A stretch of DNA of 61,095 nucleotides, taken from the IMG/VR virus record IMGVR_UViG_3300046005_000771, positions 1-61,095 of that record. The stretch is one strand, 5' to 3'. The DNA is from a virus (Duplodnaviria > Caudoviricetes). How positions within the stretch are numbered: the stretch's first letter is position 1; every line of letters begins with the position of its first letter. Below the pieces are notes generated by a model. That model saw nothing but the letters and a program-made list of their open reading frames with translations. It ran no database searches and had not been told where the DNA came from. The position numbers were made by a program, and so were the translations under genes. Shown piece after piece: positions 54,797-61,095 of the stretch.

Positions 54797-55363
54797 TTAA
54801 GCGGCAGTTGCAGCGTATGTAACGGATAAAGTGTCGCCTGATGTTACAACCTTATTGCCTGCAGTAAAGTCACCAGCACTAAACAATGTGCCTGTTGTGT
54901 CGTCTTTAGTAGCTGAACCACCAATATTAATGAAACAACCTGCTACTGTACCTGAACCTGTCATTGCAAACACAACTGCGGCTGATGTAGTTTTAACACC
55001 CCCTGTTGCTGAACCAAATGCTGGAGTTTTACGAGTACCTGTGTATGTCGGAGCATTAGTGCCGCCTACTTCATTCCAAGCTGCATGAGAGGCTTGTGTA
55101 TCAGCGATATCAGCTGTACCTACACCTTTTAAGCCCATAACAACTGCACCTGCCGCAGAGTTGCCTAGAATAGTGTCCATTGTTAGGTTTTTACCTACTG
55201 TGGTCACTAGATTGTGGATGTCGTCTTTCCACTTCAAAGCACCGCTGGCGTCATGACACTCAACAGTGTAGTAACCTGAAATGCTGGTTGATTCGGAATG
55301 ATTAGCGCCTCGGTCGACTGAAGCCTCGCATACATCCGCCATTTGTACTTTTTCTTTAAACAT
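54797..55363 (-). CDS. Virion structural protein
   Basis: HNLVTTVG..., GTLFSAGDF...SGDTLSVTY. Confidence 0.6.
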   Translation of the reverse strand: MFKEKVQMADVCEASVDRGANHSESTSISGYYTVECHDASGALKWKDDIHNLVTTVGKNLTMDTILGNSAAGAVVMGLKGVGTADIADTQASHAAWNEVGGTNAPTYTGTRKTPAFGSATGGVKTTSAAVVFAMTGSGTVAGCFINIGGSATKDDTTGTLFSAGDFTAGNKVVTSGDTLSVTYAATAA

Positions 55364-55374
55364 AAAATAACTCC

Positions 55375-55806
55375 TTAGATGATTCTAATAATAGCACTTG
55401 ACGCATTATTTGGTGGAAAACGAATGGTAAATGTATTATTTACTGAAACCTTTTCTGATCCAAAATTTAACACAGCTACGGCCCGATTGCCATTTGATGC
55501 ATTATATACTAAAGCCCCAAATGCTGTAATAGTTGATGAGGTAAATGAAATGTCACTAAAACTGGTGTAGCCAATCGTTCCAGATACCGAAGTACCTACT
55601 TTTGTTAGAGTACCCCCTCCTGCAGTATATGACCCGCTTGCAGGCACTTCCCCTACCGTTGTGTATACAGTGGTGGATGCATTAAGCGTTGCCGTATCTG
55701 TATATAAAGCAATCTTAAAGGTATTGCCTCCCACAACATCGAAATCATGCAATGCTTGCAAGAGTTCTTGTTTAAAGGAGGAGCATAAGGTCTGTGTAAT
55801 GGCCAT
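55375..55806 (-). CDS. Virion structural protein
   Basis: SFKQELL...FKIALY...Y.AGG..L...GALVYN...VLNFG...FTIRFP. Confidence 0.65.
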   Translation of the reverse strand: MAITQTLCSSFKQELLQALHDFDVVGGNTFKIALYTDTATLNASTTVYTTVGEVPASGSYTAGGGTLTKVGTSVSGTIGYTSFSDISFTSSTITAFGALVYNASNGNRAVAVLNFGSEKVSVNNTFTIRFPPNNASSAIIRII

Positions 55807-55815
55807 TTATAGTCC

Positions 55816-56472
55816 TTAGTTAGGAGAAGGAGACTGGACAACAAGCCTAGCCATACCATCCCTGTATTCGTCACGACGACGGCGACCTTGTTGTTCAACA
55901 CCAAGACCTTGAATAGCTTGTTTATAGCTGTTCTCAAAGTATGCCATCATGTCAGGCGGTCCTTTTGTATAGCTATAGGCTTGTATCAAGCAAGCATATA
56001 AAAGCGCCTCAGGGGCGTTAATACTGACCCATGTTTCGGTATTAGTAGAAGATAATGTAGTAGGCTTGCGAATATAACCTATTTCTACTGAAAAGTTGGC
56101 ATTAGGGGTAGGGGCAATGTAAAACGTGTTTTGATCCCATACGGAATAAAATTTAGGAACACCCGTTGTAGTGCCGTCTACCCAATATTCTTTTAAGAAA
56201 GAAGTATCTCTAAATTCTAGGAAAATTTGATCACCGGCTGCATCTGTTAAGATTAGGTAACGGTGTGTAAGCAAGTCAGTCGGAGCCGTTAAAAACCTAT
56301 TACCACTTGTCATCGTTCCGGTAGATTCTTTTTTAAAGTCATCAAGGTCGATGTCTCTAAGAATCCTATTTTCAGACATTGTAATAAATGTATTAATCAC
56401 AGGCTCAGTAAATACATTACTGCCCACTTCGGTGTAGTTTCTAATATTTGTTACTAGTTCATCATATGTCAT
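55816..56472 (-). CDS. Head-tail adaptor protein
   Basis: MTYDELVTNI..Y.E...FI..SENRI, GVPKFY, APTPN, LLYACL. Confidence 0.7.
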   Translation of the reverse strand: MTYDELVTNIRNYTEVGSNVFTEPVINTFITMSENRILRDIDLDDFKKESTGTMTSGNRFLTAPTDLLTHRYLILTDAAGDQIFLEFRDTSFLKEYWVDGTTTGVPKFYSVWDQNTFYIAPTPNANFSVEIGYIRKPTTLSSTNTETWVSINAPEALLYACLIQAYSYTKGPPDMMAYFENSYKQAIQGLGVEQQGRRRRDEYRDGMARLVVQSPSPN

Positions 56473-56819
56473 GTTATTTCCACCGTAACTGTTCCTAGCG
56501 CACTTACTGCATATAAATCCCTATCTTCTGTAGCAGGGCGCATATCTATGGTATTCGTTGCACTTCCTCTACTCTGAAACGCAGTGTCTCCAGGAGCTCC
56601 TACAAACACAACCAGCGGCTCTACTCGATCGGGCCTAGGTTGCTCAAGGGCTTGGGCATCTGCCACAAACTGCAAGGGCTCTAGCTGAGGCTCTTTTGGT
56701 TCATAGTCGTCTGGGCAGACTTTAAATCCACGCCAGTTTTTTCTTAATACGTTGTACGGGTACCGCTGGCCGCAGTAATCGCATAATCCAAACGCGTACT
56801 TACCAGAAGCATATGCCAC
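56469..56819 (-). CDS. Conserved protein with CxxC motif
   Basis: ASGKYA.GLCDYCG.RY...W.GFKVCP..YEPKEPQL. Confidence 0.65.
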   Translation of the reverse strand: MAYASGKYAFGLCDYCGQRYPYNVLRKNWRGFKVCPDDYEPKEPQLEPLQFVADAQALEQPRPDRVEPLVVFVGAPGDTAFQSRGSATNTIDMRPATEDRDLYAVSALGTVTVEIT

Positions 56820-56820
56820 A

Positions 56821-57495
56821 TTAATATCCCATTACGTCTGGTACAAAGTGGGCGCTTGCGGTATCCCTATCCTCTGCCGCTGCACGTGCGAACTCTTCTT
56901 CATATAGCGCTTTTAAAGCGGGCGTACGATCAGGAGTAAATTTAAGGGACAAGTAGTAAGCCAATCCAGCAGCTAGACAAGGCAAGAAACGGAAATTAAC
57001 ATCCGCTGTATTGGAGTATTCCCCCGCATCGTCCATTCGTTTAATACGATAGTACCTAAGTTGATATAAATTGGAGGCACTAGGCGTTGGGTACAGGTAT
57101 ACTTTAGGAATGTTGGTACGTTCCACATATAACTGGGCAGGCCTTGCCTGTGTTGATTTATCTGGTATGTGCAAATACTCTGCACGACTAATCCTATCAA
57201 TTACAATGTCTACAGAAGGGCTTTGGGACAAATCTCTGATAACGGCTGAAAGCACGTTTACAGTATCCGTATCCAATACCACTTCTATTTGACCGACCGT
57301 CAGGTTAGCTGTTGCAAGTTCAATAGTCCAAAGGTTCAGGCCACGATTTGCCCACTCTAAAAACATTAGATTGAGTGAACGACGAGCTGTTTTGAGCTGA
57401 TTACCGTTGGTCATTTGCATGCCGCAACGTTCAAAAGATTCTTCTATAAGCTCGTCGATCTGTAGATCAAATATCGTGGTACCTGAAGTAGCCAT
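56821..57495 (-). CDS. Head-tail connector / tail tubular protein A-like
   Basis: MATSGT..F.L.IDELIEESFER.G...ARRSLNLMF.EWANRGLNLW; RFLPCLAAGLAYYL. Confidence 0.7.
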   Translation of the reverse strand: MATSGTTIFDLQIDELIEESFERCGMQMTNGNQLKTARRSLNLMFLEWANRGLNLWTIELATANLTVGQIEVVLDTDTVNVLSAVIRDLSQSPSVDIVIDRISRAEYLHIPDKSTQARPAQLYVERTNIPKVYLYPTPSASNLYQLRYYRIKRMDDAGEYSNTADVNFRFLPCLAAGLAYYLSLKFTPDRTPALKALYEEEFARAAAEDRDTASAHFVPDVMGY

Positions 57496-58068
57496 TTAGC
57501 AGGCGCCACCTTTTTTCATTTTTTTAGGGTGTTTTTTACCCTTCATCATAGTGCCGTCAGGCATCATGTGATAGCCTGCTTTTACATTACCGCCGTCTTT
57601 CATGCCCATGCCTTTTTTTGCTGCTACTGCTGCTTTTGTTACTGCTTTACGCAAAAGCCCACTGCCTTGATTTGGGGCAGTTGCAGGCATGCCTTTAATA
57701 GCTTTTGCTGCTGCACGCATAAACCCACTGCCTTGACTTGGGGCAGTTGCAGGCATGTCTTTAGTAACTTGTTGTGCTGCTGCACGGAAAAGCCCACTGC
57801 CTTTTTTTGGAGCAGTTGCAGGCATGTCTTTAGTAACTTGTTGTGCTGCTTGCGCAACTTTACGCATGACTCCACCAAATGCCATTTTCACAGGACTACC
57901 GCCATCTTTCAAACCCATAGCCATGCGTTTGCGAGGACTTACGTCACCACCGTCCGCTAAAAACACAGGACCCGTAGTTTTACTTGTTTGTGATACCATT
58001 TTATTGCGGGAGCCTTTTTCAACACAACCACCACCAGCAGTTGCTGCACCCATACCTTTTCCAGCCAT
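57496..58068 (-). CDS. Basic low-complexity protein with five [F/M/L]xxGG motifs and three 20-aa repeats
   Basis: LADGG, LKDGG, MAFGG, MKDGG, MKKGG; 60-bp tandem repeats at about 57650-57850. Confidence 0.7.
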   Translation of the reverse strand: MAGKGMGAATAGGGCVEKGSRNKMVSQTSKTTGPVFLADGGDVSPRKRMAMGLKDGGSPVKMAFGGVMRKVAQAAQQVTKDMPATAPKKGSGLFRAAAQQVTKDMPATAPSQGSGFMRAAAKAIKGMPATAPNQGSGLLRKAVTKAAVAAKKGMGMKDGGNVKAGYHMMPDGTMMKGKKHPKKMKKGGAC

Positions 58069-58086
58069 AATAGTTCTCCTTAATTA

Positions 58087-58329
58087 TTACTTTTCAGCAA
58101 GTTTATCAATTTTTGCTTCAAGACGGTTAATCCCATCTTCAAAGCGTTCCATAATTCTTTCAATGTCTGCCCTAACTTCTGCACGAGTGATATGGTCACG
58201 CGCTATCTCCTCTCTGGTACGGTTAAGCAAAATACTAAGCCTATCAAGGTCTTCAAACTTAGATTTAAGTAAAAACCCCATAATGGCTACCATAAAAGAT
58301 AGCACGATATTCCATACCATCATTTCCAT
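58087..58329 (-). CDS. Small membrane-anchored coiled-coil protein
   Basis: N-terminal TM then LLNRTREEIARD...RLEAKID. Confidence 0.65.
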   Translation of the reverse strand: MEMMVWNIVLSFMVAIMGFLLKSKFEDLDRLSILLNRTREEIARDHITRAEVRADIERIMERFEDGINRLEAKIDKLAEK

Positions 58330-59114
58330 TATGCAGCGCTTCCATCGTTCTTAATTAGTACGATATTAAAAAACGCACTGGCAGAGTTATTAGCAGCAGA
58401 ACCTAATGCCGATGCTCCAATGCAATTTTTTTCCGCTACTGTAATTGGGTAAGTAAAAACATAGCTAACAGACCCATTATTTAATGTAGAAACCGCTGCA
58501 ACCCGTAGAATACCGTCTGGACCGTGTTGCTTTAAAAATGCTGTAACTGAAGTAGAGCCTGACGCCTGTCCTGCCGTTATGGCCCCTTGTACTAAATAAG
58601 CAGTGTATCCAGCTGGAACACAATAATGCGCGGTGGTACGGGTGTTATAGCCGATAGCAATCAGGTCATATAGAACGGCTGGAACACCAGCGGTAACTAC
58701 ACCTGTCCCTACGTTAATTACACCTGCGTTTTCTCCTCCAGAACCAACTGTTACAACGTACAACTGGTTAACATACATGTATGAGTTTGTGGTGTTTACG
58801 GCAGTTTGCCCGTTTAGTATTACCGTTTCACTAACAACGTTATAACTACCATTTAGCCCTTCGATGTATACCGTACGGGCGCCTGTACCTGCAGAAGTGT
58901 CATCTGCACTTGTAGAGCTTACTTTTAAAACAGAAGCAGTAGTAGGATGAACAATAGTGCCACCATCTGGCCATATTGTCTCTTCCGTCGTATCTACATC
59001 GGGGTTGTATCCAAATACAGTGATACTAGTGTGGCCCATGATCTGGCCTCTAGACACCTGTAACTCAAACGGTTCGTATGTACCTACACGAGTAATCGAA
59101 GAGAGAGTAGACAT
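58329..59114 (-). CDS. Virion structural protein
   Basis: FELQVSRGQI..H...FGYN.DV...ETIW, GTGARTV..EGL, YCVPAGYT. Confidence 0.6.
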   Translation of the reverse strand: MSTLSSITRVGTYEPFELQVSRGQIMGHTSITVFGYNPDVDTTEETIWPDGGTIVHPTTASVLKVSSTSADDTSAGTGARTVYIEGLNGSYNVVSETVILNGQTAVNTTNSYMYVNQLYVVTVGSGGENAGVINVGTGVVTAGVPAVLYDLIAIGYNTRTTAHYCVPAGYTAYLVQGAITAGQASGSTSVTAFLKQHGPDGILRVAAVSTLNNGSVSYVFTYPITVAEKNCIGASALGSAANNSASAFFNIVLIKNDGSAA

Positions 59115-59145
59115 TATTTAACTCCTTTAAAGTTAGAAGTTAAAA

Positions 59146-59643
59146 TTAAGCAGTACGAGTAAATGTATAAGCAGTTGCGCTTGCAAACATTAATGTAAAG
59201 CGTGCGATGCCTGTAGCTCCAGCAGCAATAGTTAACTGACCAAAACTAGCAGCAGTTGTTGTTGCAGCATCAGATAAAATGCCATTTACAGCTACTACCA
59301 TAGTTACAGTGCTTGCGCCTGCTGTATTATCAACGTACAAGTCAAAAACACTACCTCTAACTGCACCAAGTGCAGCACCGAGTAAAGTACCTGTAGGAAG
59401 TGTGATTGCTGTAGCTGCTGCTGATGTAGATGTAATATAACCTGTAGCTATTTGTGCTGCGGTTGCTGTGGCAGTGGCGTTGATTGCGGCGGTCGTAGCA
59501 TGAGTGATGCTGCCACTTCCTGCGATATTGCCTGTGATGTTGCCAGTTACATTACCTGTTACATTACCTGTTACATTACCTGTAATGTCGCCCTCAAAAC
59601 CATTAGCAGATGCTACTGGTCCGGAAAAGTGTGTAGTTGCCAT
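59146..59643 (-). CDS. Head fibre / decoration-like protein
   Basis: MATTHFSGPV, GNVT tetrapeptide repeats, Ala/Thr-rich. Confidence 0.55.
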   Translation of the reverse strand: MATTHFSGPVASANGFEGDITGNVTGNVTGNVTGNITGNIAGSGSITHATTAAINATATATAAQIATGYITSTSAAATAITLPTGTLLGAALGAVRGSVFDLYVDNTAGASTVTMVVAVNGILSDAATTTAASFGQLTIAAGATGIARFTLMFASATAYTFTRTA

Positions 59644-60233
59644 TATAAAACTCCTTGTAAATGTTTATATTTAATAAATAATTTGCGGGTAGTAGATATA
59701 TCTTTTCCTAAATGACGCCCGCGTTCTGCATAACTCATTGTAGGATTATCAAGGATATACTTAAGATTTGCAACAAATACTTTGTCTGAAAAAAAACGAC
59801 TATGTTGCCCTTTTCTTAACTTCTCTTTCCACTCAGGATCTGAGTAATTAAAATTTTGATTTATCTTCGTGTCTCTTATCTTTTGTCGTGTTTCTAGCGT
59901 ATGTACTTTTCCACGCATTGGAGCTTTGGCAAAATTTGCAATGTTATATGCCGTATCTTCTTCAAACCATGCTTTTTTATTTAAAAAAGCTTCTTCAAGC
60001 GTATCTAACTCTGTAGCGTCTTCACAAACGATTTCAATATGCCCTGTGAAGGCGCCTTCTCCGTACTTGTTAAAAGAATGTTGAAGGTGATCATTAGGAT
60101 GTTTATTGTTTTTAAGCAATCTAAAGTGTTCTTTAATCCGCTTTTTTACACGTTGGGACTGCCCTACATAGCACTTTTGAGTAACATTATTAACAATCTT
60201 ATATATTCCAATGTAATCCATTGCGTATGGCAT
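59643..60233 (-). CDS. Free-standing GIY-YIG homing endonuclease with NUMOD3-like motif
   Basis: GIYKI.N....KCYVGQS...KRIKEH, YNI, MRGKVHTLETRQKI; AT-richer than neighbours. Confidence 0.9.
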   Translation of the reverse strand: MPYAMDYIGIYKIVNNVTQKCYVGQSQRVKKRIKEHFRLLKNNKHPNDHLQHSFNKYGEGAFTGHIEIVCEDATELDTLEEAFLNKKAWFEEDTAYNIANFAKAPMRGKVHTLETRQKIRDTKINQNFNYSDPEWKEKLRKGQHSRFFSDKVFVANLKYILDNPTMSYAERGRHLGKDISTTRKLFIKYKHLQGVL

Positions 60234-60252
60234 ATACTACTCCTTTGGTCCC

Positions 60253-60280
60253 ACTATACAGTATACGTATTCCTTGTCAA
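60253..60280 (-). promoter_or_regulatory. Sigma70-type promoter for the GIY-YIG gene
   Basis: TTGACA-N16-TATAGT, AAGGAG RBS. Confidence 0.65.
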
Positions 60281-60295
60281 CCTTCTAATTGCAAT

Positions 60296-60320
60296 AAAAA
60301 AGCCACCCGAAGGTGGCTTT
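60296..60320 (-). terminator. Intrinsic terminator after the capsid gene
   Basis: AAAGCCACC-TTCG-GGTGGCTTTTTT on the minus strand. Confidence 0.9.
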
Positions 60321-60343
60321 CCATTCTACGTATTACCGTTGAA

Positions 60344-61095
60344 TTAAGGTGTACCTGGGCAACCGAAGATACCGCGTGGATCGCTGTAGCCAAAGCTATA
60401 ACGCTCACGTGCTTTGTAGCGTACGTTACCTGTATCAAAATCACCTTCAAAACCAGTTTTGAACGCAACACGTTCAAACATTTTCATGCCGTTAGGAGCA
60501 TCAGTTTTGATGAACCAAGCGTCTGGGTCTGTTAAGTAATGGTTTACTGTGTAGCCTTGTGGAACCATACCCATGTTTTTGATAGCGTTGATATCGTTAT
60601 CAGCAGTACCAACACGTAGAGTAGATTTCAAGATGCGGTCTGAGGTAAATTGTAGTTCTTTTGGAACAATCAATTTCAAGCCACGAACAGCGATTTTTAA
60701 ACCACGCTCATCAGTGAATGCTGCGATGTCAATCAAAGCTTGCTCAAGCGATGTTTCGCTTAAGTCGGCTGGAGTTGTCAACTCGTTGCGTAGATCTGGA
60801 CCAGACAATGTTGGATGGTCAGTTGCACACAAAGGTTTGCCGTCGCCGCCGATTGCTGTAGTAAACGCATTGTTTAATACGGCTGCTGCTTTGATTTGTT
60901 TTGTTGTTGCCATTGAACGAGCTAATGCTTTGGTGTAACGAGCAGCAAGTGATGCGTACAAGTTATCCTCAACAGCTTCTTCAGTTAATGAATAAGCCAA
61001 AGCAATGGTTTCGTGTGTGTAGCGAGCTGTGTAAACTTCTTGAGCATTGTCGTATGAAACGCCAGCACCCTCAGTTTTAACAGGAGCTTCACCGA
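60344..61095 (-). CDS. Major capsid protein, 3' part (HK97 fold expected)
   Basis: TEEAVEDNLY..LAARYTKALARSM, LIVP.EL, YLTDPDAWF, DFDTGNVRYKARERYSFG..DPRG. Confidence 0.9.
   Translation of the reverse strand, partial: GEAPVKTEGAGVSYDNAQEVYTARYTHETIALAYSLTEEAVEDNLYASLAARYTKALARSMATTKQIKAAAVLNNAFTTAIGGDGKPLCATDHPTLSGPDLRNELTTPADLSETSLEQALIDIAAFTDERGLKIAVRGLKLIVPKELQFTSDRILKSTLRVGTADNDINAIKNMGMVPQGYTVNHYLTDPDAWFIKTDAPNGMKMFERVAFKTGFEGDFDTGNVRYKARERYSFGYSDPRGIFGCPGTP
60969..61095. repeat. Terminal direct repeat, copy 2
   Basis: Identical to 1-127. Confidence 0.97.

Noticed and set aside
58130-58150. RFEDG in the 80-aa membrane protein as another GG tag
   Set aside because: It has a single Gly and lies within a predicted coiled coil.
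59643-60343. Group I intron hosting the GIY-YIG gene
   Set aside because: Flanking genes are intact, the capsid ORF ends before a terminator, and there is no room for an intron core.

Overview
A complete, circularly permuted dsDNA tailed-phage genome of about 60.97 kb. The first and last 127 nt are identical and split the major capsid gene. The layout is podovirus-like: terminase, portal, GroES-like co-chaperonin, scaffold, capsid, tail adaptors/nozzle, three paralogous tail fibres, lysis genes and four large internal virion proteins on the minus strand. A replication module encodes family A DNA polymerase, UvrD-like and SNF2 helicases, a primase, an SSB-like protein and a PD-(D/E)XK exonuclease. 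A GC-rich plus-strand early region (about 11.0-16.85 kb) carries ArdC and many tiny acidic ORFs. I see no integrase, tRNA or CRISPR array. Notable observations: (1) a 23-aa PqqA precursor gene missed by the ORF track, pointing to a methylotroph (Methylophilaceae-like) host; (2) an 893-aa protein between terminase and portal built of unrelated effector-like modules delimited by a recurring [F/M/L]xxGG motif that also marks four other late proteins, suggesting a processing or packaging tag system; (3) an 11-bp-phased DnaA-box array and a dense palindrome array that may act as decoys for host DNA-binding proteins; (4) conserved GC hairpins ahead of early genes, and GATC/GTAC/CCWGG avoidance in that region; (5) an iteron-like candidate origin inside a 45-bp inverted repeat. 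All calls are from reading the sequence; no database search was run.
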